DNA of 64,000 nt from NCBI GenBank assembly GCA_028534125.1, contig CM052816.1, positions 67,148,001-67,212,000 of the forward strand, in the 5' to 3' direction. The position numbers and the translations under genes are program-made. The notes under the pieces are model-generated. The model worked only from the letters and a program-made list of their open reading frames with translations, searched no databases and had not been told where the DNA came from. Positions 27,424-41,346 of this stretch are shown in pieces (positions within the stretch are counted from its first letter, which is position 1; each line of letters starts with the position of its first letter). The DNA is from Lama glama. Lineage: Eukaryota.

Positions 27424-30389
27424 TGGAATAATTACAAAGTCAGTTGTTTACCACCTGCTTTAGCAGCAAGCATTCTAGTGTTTTGGGGAGGTTTTTTGTT
27501 GTTGTTGTTTTGTTTTTGTTGTTTTGGATGGAGGCGAATTCTTCCTTAAATCCTCCTGAAGATCCCTTCATTTCTTCTGAGGGTCTGAGAACAAGTTCTT
27601 TTTTGTCATTCACCTGCAGCTTCCTGTTGCCATCTCCCAGGTCTCAATAATGCCATCCCTTGGCCTGATAGCTCTGTCCTAGGAAGTGAGAACTCCAGTT
27701 CCCTTGCAGACTCAACTGCTTTCAGTGTCAGAAGATGTAACACAGAGAAACCTTTACAACTGCTAGCAGATGTGCCTAACTTTATTGACTACGTGTCCTA
27801 CACTGTGCAAGTCCAAGTAGGGGGACTATTTACCCTTTTTCCACATGAAGGATAACCCCTTGAAGCAGTGAAATGCAGTGAGTGGCCCTGCACAGGCTCT
27901 TCTCATGGAGCCCCTGACAGAACCAGCTCCCCTACCCAGCTCCACCTGTCAGGTCCCAACTTCATTCCACCTGTTTACAGTGAACTGAAGCACCCTCATT
28001 ACAGTCCAGAATCAAAACAGCCATGAGGACCAAAAGAAAGAAAAGTTTCCCCTTAACCCAGTCCCCTTCTCAGTTTTCTGTCCTCTTCTGAATAACATGG
28101 AAATATCATCTCCAACCCATTGTCACTGCATCCGTTAGCCCCCAAAGCCAATAACATCAAAATCTAGCTGCCCAACATATCTTCATTTCTCCCAGTCTCG
28201 GTTTCTCAGTCTTGGAATCATTCACTTTAGACTGTTGTGGCTGTCTCCACTAGAGCTGTCATTAATTTCCTTCCTTCCTGGACAGACATGTTAAATCTCA
28301 CATTGAGAGGTGGAAAATATTCCTCCAACCCCTTCAGTCTACTCTGGTCTTTGATGCTTTGACCAATAGGGAACTGAAGAAATGACTCTGGGCACAGAGG
28401 ATGTTAGGAAGACTGGTAACTTTCACTTAACATCTTCCATCTGAGCACCTGAGCCACCACCTGAGTACCCATTAAGCGATTCAGCCCTAAGGACGTGCAG
28501 GTTCAATTCTGCCTGGTCTAGTTCCCTTTCTTTGTATGCTGGTTCCTACAGTATATGGTGAAGAGTACATTTAGCTATCTCTCCTGGGGTCTATTTTATC
28601 TCAGCTTCTGGGCTCTTGTCGACATTCAAACAAGATACACACATACCTATACACCCTTTCATTAGAACAAGCAATAATTTACCCCCATAACAATATCAAA
28701 ATCCATACTTAGAAAAAAGGCATTTCTTAGAAACAAAACCCACAGAAATGTACCTCTGATTCAACTGTACAAAATAATTGCTAACACTAAATCATCTAAA
28801 ACACTCGCAATCTGATTAATAGTTTCTTATAAGTTTTCCCCAAGTGGACATTTGCTTTTGCCTTTGTATTTAAAGTGACTATTCAGTTAGCTGTCTCCAA
28901 ACAAATAAAGAAGTCTGCCCAAAAGAGTAATCACATTTCTACCTCTTTTAAGACTAACACTTTGTGCAGCTTGGAAATGACAATTAGTTCCTTTTCTATC
29001 ACTTCCATCAAGGTTTTAAAAGCCTTGGGAATGACAGCTAAGGCACCATGTTACACTTATATGCCTGTAAGCTGAAGTTTGATCCTATGAAACATTAAAA
29101 AAATGTAAGCATTACATGGCTCTCAACCCTTGATTATCTCTAGAAAATGTTAATGCAAAGAGAAGGGGAAGGAGAAAGCAAAGACAGCGCAGATAAGAAA
29201 AGGGCTATCTCAGAGAAGTTTAAGCCATTTCAGAAGGAGAAAAGCTGAAATGAAGACGTGAAATTCCACTTCTACTCTATTTCTTTCCGGTATTACTCCT
29301 GGTGGCTACATAGACTTCACAAACACAGCATCAGGACAAGAATGCAGCTCAGAAGCAGTCTCAGACTTAAGTGATCCAAATAAGTTTTAAATTTTACAAA
29401 TATTTGGAATATTCTAATTGAAAATATTTTATTCCTTGAGAGCCCATCCAAAATTGTTCCTTCAGGTATCCACCAAGGAGTGGGATGCTCGCTGTCATCG
29501 CCTTGTCACCACTGTCACTGTCACTACATCTTTTGAGGAAAAGCTAAGTTCACTGCTTAAGCTGCAGAAATTAATGCTCAATTTATCCAAATTACATGTA
29601 TATAATATTGGTAACTGCTTATAATTTAGTATGAACAAAAAAAGGTTATTCTGAATGTCTTGTTTTCAAATAATTTTTAAGACTAAATATCAGCTTGCCT
29701 CAAATACAGTCTATATTTATTGCTGATGCTTGACCAAAAACAGACACTTTTAAAAGAAGTAACAAAAGCTCAAAAAATCATCTGTTTTACAATCCAATAT
29801 GTAATCATAGATAGAAATGTTCAAAATCAATAAGGCAGTTTGAGTGTAGGCTGTTAAAGTCCCAAGAATGCACCATTAAACTGAACATAAATAAGAAAAT
29901 CAATGTTTCTCCAAGAGAAAAGAGTTAACCAAGTCTTCAAAACTCATAGGTACTATGGTTAAAAATGATTTCTTATTACTTATTTCTCCTCAAAAGTCCA
30001 AAATTAATATACTTCCCCTTTCCACAAGCTTTTGACTATCTGAAAGTTGCAAATTCATAAAATGTTACAAATTTTTTAAAAAGGAGATTCTAGGAAATCT
30101 TGAGAATAGAGACAATATTTCAATTCAACAATGGATTAACAGCTATATATAAAGAACTGAAAAATAAAACAAGAAATATATGTGAAGTCCAATAGCAAAA
30201 TGGCAAAGTACACCAGCCAATCCATGTAAACATAAGTATTATTAATCACAGCAATGTTAAAGCCCTTGTCGTCAAAGATCTGAATCACTTGTGGGTCTAC
30301 TTCTATGGTATGACATTTAATTCATTCCCTCTCTTCCTCTCTCCCCCTCCTCCTCTCTCCCCACCCTACTTCCCCCTTTCCTCCCTCCC

Positions 30390-31200
30390 TCTCTCTCTTT
30401 ACATCATCTGTTCATGATTCATGGTATGCCTCGTAAATTTTGACTGAATGCCAGATGTTATACATGAAATATTGTAGAGTCTCTGGATAATGTTATCTTT
30501 TTCCAAAGAGGGTTAGCCCTTTCCTTTGCTAGGCAGGTGAAACAGAGGTGGCCACCCTAATCCAATCTTGGACAGAGCTGTCATGGATGAGTTACCATTC
30601 TGGCAAGGCTCTGCCTACTTCTGTGTTCCTCTGCTCCTAAGGTAAGTACCCTGGGGGTTCCAGATAAACCTTGTTGTGTTCACCAGGTCCTCTATCCCTG
30701 GTGTGACTGGTACTCTGGTCCTTGTCTTCTCAGCCTGTAGGCCTGCTGAAAATTCCACTCTGGTTTTGGAGCTTTTCTGATTGGCTTCTTAGCCCCCTAC
30801 CCACTTAGCATCAGTATTCAACAAATGTCTTGAGGGAAAACTGGCAGTGTGTTGGGTTCAGTTCTCCACCACTCTCCTCTCAAAAGGATTCTGACCCTTC
30901 AGGGCTTTAGGTTTTGCTTTTTGAGCTCCACTAGACATGCAGGAACTCTGCTGATTTCTCTTCTTCTTAGTGACAGTTCTCTTCCCAGATCTGTACCATC
31001 TTGCCCATACCTAGAAATGGCAAATGCCCCGGGATAAAAGCTGCTGCATAGCACTTATTCACCTCCCCTTTTCCTAGGCTTTTGTCCTCCTAAGTATCAG
31101 CTGCCTCAGAAACTCTCCAATGTCTTTAAACATATTTTCACTCTGGCTTTTCTAAATCCCTTCATCCTTGGTGGGAGCACAAGTTTACTGCCAGCACTCA
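30390..31200 (-). mobile_element. Ancient L1/HAL1-like fragment
   Basis: gtaaattttgactgaatgccagatgtt...ctctggataatgttatctt resembles antisense old L1/HAL1. Confidence 0.45.
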
Positions 31201-31649
31201 ATCATCCCTGGGGCAGAAGCTCAAGTCACATGCCTAATACACAGAAGAGGGAATCTGGCATATTCATCATAAGATCTGAGTGCCCTGAGACTGATTGATC
31301 CCAGTTCTCATGGGAACAACAGGATGAAAACAAAAGATACTTTGGAATGTCCAGGAAAATATCGGGAAATTGAAGGTAGAGAGGATTCTAGATAACCAGG
31401 CTAAAGGTGGGTTCAATACCACATACTGACTGGGTCCTAGCAGAGGCTCTAAAAATGCTTCTTAAGGTAGAAGGCCAAAAAGAGACGCTGATGAAAACAA
31501 CTCTGCAGTTCTGGGCCCTGGGAAGATGCAAATCAGTAAATGGAATGGTAGACCAGGTGAGGGAGAAGGAGGAGGGAGTAACCACTACTTAGAAGAATCT
31601 GCCTGCTGACCAATAAAAGTAGTGATTTAAGAAATGAATGCAGAAACAA

Positions 31650-31830
31650 GAGTGAAGGAATGAGGGGAAAGTGGGAGGAAGGAGAGACAGGATGAAGAGG
31701 AAAGGGAGGAAGGGGTGGAGAGTGAGAAATGGGAGGAAAAGGAAAGAGGGGGAGGAGGGGGAGGGGAAAGAAGGTGAGAAGGGAACAGGGGGAAGGGGGA
31801 GAGGGAGTTAAGACGCAGGAGCAGAGGGAA
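31650..31830. repeat. Polypurine (GA-rich) low-complexity tract
   Basis: Nearly all G/A with several G3-G5 runs. Confidence 0.85.
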
Positions 31831-32099
31831 CAAATTATTCATTTGGCTTCATAAAAATAACTTTGTTCTTTACAAAGCAGATTGCCTGCCTGTTCCTCTG
31901 GGAAATCCTACCAGAGTGAAAATCAGTTGCTTTTACTCTCCCCACCACCACACTGACCACACATACACACAAAAAAACAAACAAACAAACAAAAAAACAC
32001 CTTGTTTTCTTCACTGCTGACAGTCAGAGCTTATATACAGATTTAAAGAGAACGGTACCAGATGTCTTCCTCCCATGTTACTCATATGTACACGTGTCA

Positions 32100-32610
32100 C
32101 CAGTGTGATGTGGAGGCCATGTTCTTGTTCACTCTCAGATTCAGAGTCCTGTCTGTCCGCTCTTGGGCTTTAGATCAACTACAGCTTTGTATGCCTTTGC
32201 CTACTAGCTTTGATACGTCTTGCCAATAAATAGGAGGCACTCGTGGAATACGGGCAGTTGGGAAGAGAGACAAGTCAGTATTTCTCCCCACTTTCCTCAC
32301 TGTAGGTAATGTCTTCATTAGTTCCTATGCCGCTTCCTTGATCTGAGCTCCTGCCAAACACACCTTCTCCAAGTTTTCAGCTGTAGCCTGGTGGCCCCGG
32401 CTCCTGGATTCTGGTAGCACCATCTCCTCCTGTTGTCTGTCCCTCCACCCTAGAGATGCTCGCAGCTTCTTCAGTAGCTCATCTCTCAGTTGAGCTACCT
32501 TCCCTTGTTTTCAGCTCCTGCATCATCTCTATAATCTAGGTCCCCATATTCTGTTTCCTCTATGGAGCACAGCCCGGTTTTTCTCCCTGGAGCCTGTCTG
32601 AAACACTTGC
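32100..32610 (+). mobile_element. LTR33/LTR16-like ERVL LTR remnant
   Basis: ccaataaataggaggcact...gggaagagagacaagtcagtatttctccc...ctgtttcctctatggagc resembles LTR33-family sequence. Confidence 0.45.
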
Positions 32611-32671
32611 AAGTAAGCTCAGGCAGAATAGGATGGCACACAATTTGCCCACCCTGTTCTCAATTATCTTA

Positions 32672-33144
32672 TGTAGTAGGCAGAAAATTACCAACCTCCA
32701 GCCCAAGTTATCCACATACTAATTCTGGGAACCTGTGGATACATTTTTTTACATGGTAAAAGGAACTTCGCAGTTATGATTAAGTTAAAGGTATTGAGAT
32801 GGGGAGATTATCCTTAATTATCCAAATGGACCAAATGCAATTGCAAGGCTCTTATAAGTGAAAGAGGGAATCAGGAGGGTCAGAGTCCAAGAAAGAGATG
32901 TGATGATGGAAGGAGAGGTCCAAGTGATACGATAGCTGGAGAAGGTCAGAGGCCAAAGAATGCAGGCAGCCCCCAGATGGCAGGAAAAGCCTAGAGCATT
33001 CAAGACCCTCTTGATACCTTGATTTTAGCCCAGTGAAATCCATTTTGGACTTCTGACCTCCAGAACTGTAAGATAATAAATTTGCATTATTTAAACCACT
33101 AAGTTCATTCTAATTTGTTACAGCAACAAAAGGAAACTAGTACA
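32672..33144 (+). mobile_element. MLT1D-like MaLR solo LTR
   Basis: TG...CA termini (tgtagtaggcagaa...ggaaactagtaca); ttttagcccagtgaaatccattttggacttctgacctccagaactgtaagataataaatttg. Confidence 0.9.
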
Positions 33145-35679
33145 TACTGCAAGGGTCAATTATACAAGGGAACATGGAACACGAGAAGAAACTGTAGGCA
33201 CTCCTGGGAGAATCATGGGCACATGGGCTCATGGGAGAGCAAAAAGAAGGGGGAAAGCGATAATCCCTCCACTGAGGGCCAACCAGTCTCAACACCCGGT
33301 CCCAAAAGGCACATGTTCAGGGGTCCTGACACAAACTAGAGAATGACAAGAATTCAATTCAGATCCAACATGGCAAGTAAAGCACCTGATTTCTCAATAA
33401 TGGAATGTCATAATGTTATCAGAGCTGCCTTCTATCACATTTTAGTGTCCTCTCTACAAGGACACCAGGGAGAAATGCTGAGTTTATTTGTTCTTTATCA
33501 TACATACCTATAGAATAAAATTAAGACCCTTCTAACACAAGATAGGGTATAAATAAGTGAATAAGCAAATCAGTTATCAACCATGGATGCTATCAGCAAG
33601 AGAGAGTGGGAGAAAGGTGTGAACAGTAAGGGTCCAAAGAGTTAATGCAATCAGAAATGAAGTTGAGTTCTGAGAATACTGGGATAAATTTTCAGTTAAG
33701 TCAGGATGTATTCTGAAGTATACAAATCAGATAAAGGGGGCAAGAGTTCTCCGTCTTCCCTCCACCAGATCTCTGATCACTACTACAGACAAATAATAAT
33801 GAGGACCTACCTCTAAGTGTGGTGAAAAGTTGCAGACAACAGAAAATTCCAGCTGGGGTGAGGCACTCACAACTAATAGGCAGATGTACTCAGATGTGGT
33901 CCTTGACACTGACCAATATTAGCCTAAGTATTTTTTCCTTCCTTTCCAGAAAAAGAGAAGAGCACACACAGACTATCAAGATGCCACATAAAACAGACCC
34001 AGAAACGTTCCTTAGGACTCCTCCATATTGCTTCCCATCTTAGATGGGATTTTGCATGCAGGTATTTATATCTGGGTAAAAACAGCCAAGATCCAAGCAG
34101 CTGCTACTCATAATGATTATCTGAAGATTTATAATTGGCAGGATATAATCACTACCCAAATTAACGCTATAGACTAAAGCCATCAGGTAACTGATCTTCA
34201 GACCAAAAATATCCTGACATCAGGGAATATAATTGCTTATTTATACAAATGGTCTGTGCACTCAGGCATACTGTGTAAATAGATCATTATAGCCATTTCC
34301 AAGACATTATAATCCATTAAGTAAATTAGACATGCTTTACAAATCCTAATGATACAGCCCCATGACCAAATACCTCCAGAAACATTTATCCAGTTCATCT
34401 CTCAGACAGCCTGACTTTAAATGAGGGCATTTGGCTGAAAAGCTACCAAGTGGTTCTATTTAGAGAAAAAGCAAGAGCAGAATCTCAATGTTCAGAGAGT
34501 TGGTGTCTTCTCTGTGCTGCTGAGCAATAAATGATTATTCAGAACCAACCTCTACCTTTAAAGTCACTAAATTATGAGATTTTTAATAAGCACCAAATAA
34601 TACTATTCCTTTTATTCATCACACAGAGCTACTGAATGGCTTCAGTAGGTAGGTTTCATCTTTCTTTCTTGCTACTGTGACTCCTCATTCCCAGACCCTT
34701 TCCAGGAACAGTTTAGCCCTTGTTATCTCTTGCCTGGATTATCCTGGTAGCCTCTTACTGGTCTCTTGGCCTCTGGTCTCTCTCCTTCCACTCATTAATG
34801 GAGCAGATGAGTCTTCCTTAAGCAAAGCTGGTAAGTATACCTTGCTTTGCCACATATGTTAACACATATTTTCTCATTCAATTATTAATCTGAGAAAATT
34901 CAGGTACTTTACCTGATCAAAACCATTCCATGATTCCTCATCACCTACAACCAAGGTGATCTTGAGTTTGTCTGCCCAGCATACATCCAACTGACATCCA
35001 CTGTTCCGACACAGTTCTTAAGAGCACCCCTTTCACTCTCACAAGTGTCCTAGGTTTGGACAATAATTTTATTGTTTAAGTAGAAGGTAAAGCTGAAACT
35101 CTCCGGATTAGAGTTCATACCTAACTTAAACAGGAGTTGCTCCAGACATCACTGTTAAACACAAGACTAGGACTCCAGTAAATTTGAGGGAACAACTATC
35201 CACCCTGCCACTCTTCACCCCAAATACTTCTGGGACAGAGAATACTGCCCTTTAGAATCATGAACCTATAGGCTAGAAAAGATCTTCCTATTCAAGTAAC
35301 TCCACCATTTTACTGATGAGCAAACTAAGGCACAACCAGCCAATGGTGGAGCCAGACACAGCCATCTGTGCCTCTTAACTCTTGACCCAGGGAGTTTTTC
35401 CTTTTGCAAAGAGTATACATAATCAGGAGGCTGTGAATGTGAGAAGGATGGTTTCTTTTCTCAGTATTAGGAATAAATGTTAAACTGAGCTGTTTGTATT
35501 TCTCCATGCTCAGGAGCCGTGGCAACATTTAAGAGAACTCTCTGGGGTGAGGGATGCTCTCTGCTCTTGTGAAGCAGTAAAACTACACAACTCAGAGAGA
35601 AATCACACAACCTCAGTTTCATTAGCTCCTGTACATTAAAGAAAGGAAACATAAGTGTGTTTTCAAGTAAAAGAAACTG

Positions 35680-36530
35680 GGCAAATAGATAACCCATTGA
35701 ATAGGAGAAAATATTTGCAAATGATATGTCTGATAAGAGGTTAATATCCAAAATATGTAAACAGCTCACACAACTCAATATCAAAAAAATCTGATTACAG
35801 GATGGACAGAAGACCCAAATAGACATTTTTCCAAAGAAGACATACAAATGGCCAACAGGCACATGAAAAGACAATCAACATCACTAATCATCAAGGAAAT
35901 GCAAATCAAAACCATGGTGAGCTATTACATCACACTTGTCAAAATGGCTGTCATCTAAAAGACAACAAATAATAAATCTTGGCAAGGATGTGGAGAAAAG
36001 GGAACCCTTGTACACTGTTAGTGGGAATGTAAATCGGTGCAGCCACTATGAAAAACAGTATGGAGAGTCTTCAAGAAACTCAAAATAGAAGTACCATATG
36101 ATCCAGCAATTCCACTCCCGGGTATATATCCAAAGAAAACAAAAACACCAGTTCAAAAAGATATACGCACCCAGTGTTCATAGCAGCATTATTTACAACA
36201 GCCAAGATATGGAAGCAACCTAAGTGTCCATTGATAGATGAATAGATAAAGACGACGTGGTGTGTGCGCGTGTGTGTATCTCAAAAGGACTATTACTCAG
36301 CCATTAAAAAGTGAAATTTTGCCATTTGCAACAACACGGGTGGAACTGGAGTGTATTAAGCTTAATGAAGTAAGTCAGACAGAGAACAAATACTGTATGT
36401 TACCATTTTTATGCTGAATCTAAAAAAAAAACTAAGGAATGAATATAACAAAACAGAAATAGACTCACAGATATAAAGAACAAACTAGTGGCTATCAGTG
36501 GGGAGAGAGAGGGGGGAGGGAAAGACAAGG
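35680..36530 (+). mobile_element. LINE-1 fragment: ORF2 C-terminus and part of 3' UTR
   Basis: ggagaaaatatttgcaaatgat...gaaatgcaaatcaaaacc...ccatatgatccagcaattccactc...gcaacctaagtgtccatt; stops after the G-rich 3' UTR tract without a poly(A) tail. Confidence 0.92.
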
Positions 36531-38109
36531 GCATGTTCCATGCAAAGAGAAGAACTAGGAACCCTATGACCCATGGACACTCCTCAACCCAAACTTCTCT
36601 CACTGAATTGTTTTGATCTATTAACTCTACTTGTAATCCTGTATGTTCTATCAGGATTCTGCACACATGCATTCAGATGTACATCTCACTTACTGTCCTT
36701 ATGTTCACCCTTGTGGGTAAGTGACCTTGCTGGAGGACTGAGGAGGAAGAGGGTGTTAATACTGCAGCAATGCAAATAACTGAAGATTGAGTAAGGGGTA
36801 CTTTGTTCTCCGTGGCTATTGTCATATGACTACATTGTTTAGTTTCTTCCTCTTCTATCCTCTCTTCTCTTCTCTGCTCTTCCCCAGATCCAAATTTCCC
36901 CTTTTTTTTTCTAATGAGGAGTGGTTTAGCAACTTCTGTAGTTTGTCCCTCACCTCCAATCTGAAATGCCTTACCAAGATACAGCCCTCAACAAAGACAG
37001 GCCCTGCTCTATGAGAGATTCTAGTACACTCAGGAAAAGACTTTCCAACCAGTCCATGATCATACTATTATTTTTTATGTCAACAAATACTAATTTAGGG
37101 TCTAAGAGTTTGAGAAACCATTTTCCTGCACCTCCAATTTTCAATAAGAGAGAGCCACTTAGCCTTCTAAGGGGAGCAATGTGAGCTCCGGAAGCTGGAT
37201 CACCTCAAACTGCATAGTCCATTAGCCTGACTGGTTCGCTGGAATGTACAATGTTATTAAGTCAGCTTTTGGGTTTAATGTGGTATTCCAACATATGCTA
37301 TTCATCACCATTACCTCCTATTAAGAATATAGTTTCTGACTCCCAGCCCAGACTTAGAGAACCAGAACCACAATGAGGGTGATTTGAATGATTAAACTGC
37401 TTACAAGTTTAGGAAAACAGGAGTTTAAGTACTTAATGGCCCTGTTAAAATGTAAATGAAGACATTTACAATATGGAAGGATTAACATCAACTGATTCTG
37501 TTGAGTAGTCCTGGAGGGAAGACCTGGCATGGAGTTCACCTTAAATCTCTGGGTCAAATTCTCATCTTCTTGGTGGCTAGGCTAGAATCATCTCTAAAGT
37601 TTCTCCCAACTCAAGGATTCGGCACCACCAGATCCTATTAATGAGGCCTCCAGACCACAGTCCAGGGGAGTGATGCATGGGAAGGAATAAAGCCAGGAAG
37701 AGGTCAATTTTAAAGGCCTAAGAGTGAGAAGATGGAGCAAAGCCTTATTAGTTATTAGAAAGGATAGTTTAAACTGGAGGATCCTGAGTTTGGTGGGAAT
37801 AGAACAGGCACTTGGGGAGGGAACAGTGACTGAGCACAGATAGGGCTCTCTGTGACCCTGGATCACTACGCCTTGGGACAAGCTTGCCCAGGACCACCCC
37901 TTTATCTCTTCATATAAAAATTACTGGTCAGATGTTTCCAGTATTCCTGAGGGACAGGCCAGCCTACTTCCACTCCCACTTGTGAATTGTAGCAGCACAG
38001 GTGTTAAAGGGGGAGGATGTGACCTCACTGAAGAGTTAACGGAGCAAGCTGTTTCATTACCCAAAATACTCCAACTTTCTGCTCGGCACACGTTTAACAT
38101 ACACAAGCG

Positions 38110-38120
38110 GCTGACTCAGC
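38110..38120. promoter_or_regulatory. Palindromic MARE/AP-1/ARE motif
   Basis: GCTGACTCAGC in repeat-free sequence. Confidence 0.3.
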
Positions 38121-39409
38121 TCAGAGGTGCAACATTAAGAAAATGATCAGCAGGCCCTTTTTTAAATGTGCTGTAGACAGTCTGTCAGATGCAGGCTTGA
38201 GCATCCACAGAGGTCCAGAGAGGGAGAGGGCAGGCTAGATGTCATCTGTTCATCCTTTACAAACTCATCACCCCAGCACAGGGTTCCCCAAGTCACTCCA
38301 GTTCATTAGAAACGATAAGACATCTGAATCAGTTTTGAAGTCAGGGATGAAAGCTTCCGATCCCTCACACAAAACAAAAGATAAGGGGCAAAATGCCATT
38401 TACACCCATTGTTCAAACAGAAAAGATTTTTCAAGAAGAAAATCTATACTGCTAGACGTTCCAAAGCAATGACTGCAAATGTTCCAAAGAAATGCAACCA
38501 AATGCATTGAAACACTGATAAATAAGGCAACATTTCTCGAATGTTAATTCTATATAAAATGAAGAAAAAGGAGGAGGAGGAGGCGAGTAAGAAGGAGAGA
38601 GGGGGAAGAGGAGAGGATGGGAGTGTAGTGGGTTAAAAGAAGAGTACTGTACTGCAAACTTTTCCATAAAGAGTTTTCTAAAGGAGGAGGAGGGAAAAAA
38701 TGGAAGAGAAGAAAGGTGGCCAGTTGTACTCCTCAGGGGGTTACTGACCACCCCAGATGGAGCCCCAGAGTCATGTCTCTGGAGCCTCTGAGAGCAGGCA
38801 GAAGACAAATTAGAGTGAGAGGAGAGAGCCAGGAGTCAGAAAGCTCAAGCCAACTTCTGGGACCACGGGCAAGGACCTTGCTTGCTGTGCCTATTTCCTT
38901 ATTCACAGACTGAATGTACAATGCCAAGCTCATGGTGTGGTTAAAGGATGGGAAATCCCGTAAAGTCCGTGACACCTAGTAAGTGTCTGATAAGTAGCAG
39001 CTACTGACATGACCTGAAATCCTCATCATGTTTCATTAGTACCCTATTTAGTGGAGACCTTCTGGATGCATGCACATTGTACACTTTCAGCTCTTCCCCA
39101 ACTAGGAGCAAAGACATGTCTCCAGTAATGTGTAATCGGGCCTGCTTTTGCTAGTCAAAACCCACAAACAAATGTCAGAGTTCTGAAAACTGAGAAGCAA
39201 GGCAGACAAACGTTGACGACAGGAAAGTGAGAGGGAAGACCAGGGGCTTAGGATGGAGGCCTGGTAGCGCTAACCAGGCAAGAAGAAGTCAGAATGAAGA
39301 CCCTGCACACCCCACTAGAAGAAGCCTCAACACTGAAGTGATGAGGCTCTGGATATAAAATCTGACTCATAACTGTGTCTCCAGAGAATGCTTGGGAGTT
39401 TGCCTTTCT

Positions 39410-39605
39410 AAGGTCACTGACTCAGGAGTCTGAACCTCAATCCCACTGCTTCCAAGTTACGTCACCTTGAGAAAGCCACTTAATCTCCTGTGCTTTGCCT
39501 CCTCAGATACACAATGAAGAGACTACTAGACTGTATCCCTAGGGGTGGTGGGAGGGTTACACGCACTTAGCATGGAGGGAACACTGTATAAGGGGCAAGT
39601 ACTGC
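39410..39605 (+). mobile_element. MIR SINE
   Basis: aatcccactgcttccaagttacgtcaccttgagaaagccacttaatctcctgtgc is the MIR core. Confidence 0.55.
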
Positions 39606-41131
39606 TACTAACATCACTATTTACCCAGAAAGCTCCCACAGCAACCTTTAGTAAAACTTTGAACTAATTTCCATCTGTTACTATTATCTTTTACCTTTAA
39701 TTAATTGAACAGTCTCATTAATTAAATCTCTCAGAATCACAGGTTAACAACCCTCAACATTTCTGACTATGGCGAGAGCTCCTTTTTTCAACCAGGTTTA
39801 AGGATCCACGCACAACAGGTTAACTTTTAATAACTGTTGAAAAAAATACAATAATTCAGTACATTTTCTTAAAGTAGAATTACTATTATCTTGGTAAAAA
39901 CAACACTTGCTAATTTTTTTTTAAGTCCAACCTATTAAAAATCACACCAAAAAATTCCAAAAGTCACTTCAAATCCAAGTACCTAAAACAGCAATCACTA
40001 ACATGACATTCATATAAATCCAGGTATTCTCCAAGAAGGTAGGGGGGTAGAGAAGATAAATAATTCTCTAAAAATGATTTACTCTTGAGAGAGTACTGCA
40101 GAGAATTGGGTTGGAGAAGGAAAAGAGAAAGAGGGGTAAGCAATGTGACTCAGTCTACAGGAATTTGATGAAATCTCTTCCAGAACTCTCTCCCATTTTG
40201 TTTGTAGGCTGCAACAGCCAAGAAGAAATCCAAATCATTTCAGGGGACAAAATGGAGAACCTGACCACATCCAGTCATAATCATGTATGTTCCAGCTCCT
40301 CTCCTGCAAGTCAGAATAAATTGAATGCAGAACACTCCACCATCCACATCAGCCACAAGAGCTGACCCTGACGTCAAAAGGCAGCAGCAAAAGGAGTCGT
40401 AACCTCAGCAGTGACCATCCTGCCAAATACAGCCAATAAAGTTTAAATCACTTGAAGTTTAGTTCAAAATAAATATGTTTCTAATAAAAGTGCATTTTCA
40501 TAGATCTTCACTGATACTGACATTCTTGGCTTAAGAAGCACTGGGGTTTTATGTCTAAGGAAGGCAGGCCTATGAACAGAGTTGAGGAGGCAGGCGGGTG
40601 ACCATAGAGTTATATGAAGCAAACTGCACAGAGATTTAACTACTTCTGATATTCATACACAGTAAAGGAGGGAGAGACAGGAGTAGGATGTTTAGAATTA
40701 TCTGTATACAAACAGACAGACTCTCTTCCATCATTTCTGGTCCAGAATAAACAAATCATGTTTCTTTTATTGCATTGTTGTGTGTTGTTCATTAACCTAC
40801 AGTTTAAAAGCACACAAATAATCCCACTTTTAGTACTGTGATGTTCCAAACATTTTGTAGAAAATTAGCATCTCTTCAGAGCTATAATCTCTTGCATTTC
40901 TGTAAGCAATTTATATTTTAGAAACTTCTAATGAGACTATAAAAACTTTTTTAGGTAAACACTGGCAAACATATCTGTTACATGGTGGCTTTCAGTATTT
41001 TAATGAATGTATTAATAACTTATTCTTTTAAATTACCCTTTACTATCACTGATCTACAGGATGAGCCTTAGAGAGTATCTACAGCAAGAAGATTATTTAA
41101 AATTCTCTCAAGAGTTTAGGGATTTCTTTTT

Positions 41132-41188
41132 TTTCCTTGTATATATATTTTTTATTGAAATATAGTCAGTTTATAATGTCATGTCAAA
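41132..41188 (-). mobile_element. Ultra-short 5'-truncated L1 insertion with 12-bp TSD
   Basis: ttattgaaatatagtcagtttataatgtcatgtcaa is the antisense L1 extreme 3' end; TSD ggatttcttttt at 41120-41131 and 41189-41200. Confidence 0.75.
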
Positions 41189-41346
41189 GGATTTCTTTTT
41201 AATAAGAGATTTAAAACTCAGAAAAGGCAAATTAAATTATATTTTGCCATGTTGCTCAAAATAAAACTTAAAAATAGTGATCCCTGACCATTGGTCAATT
41301 GATCATTAATTTTAATAGTCAAGTCCAGTCAAAGAAAGTAACCTTT

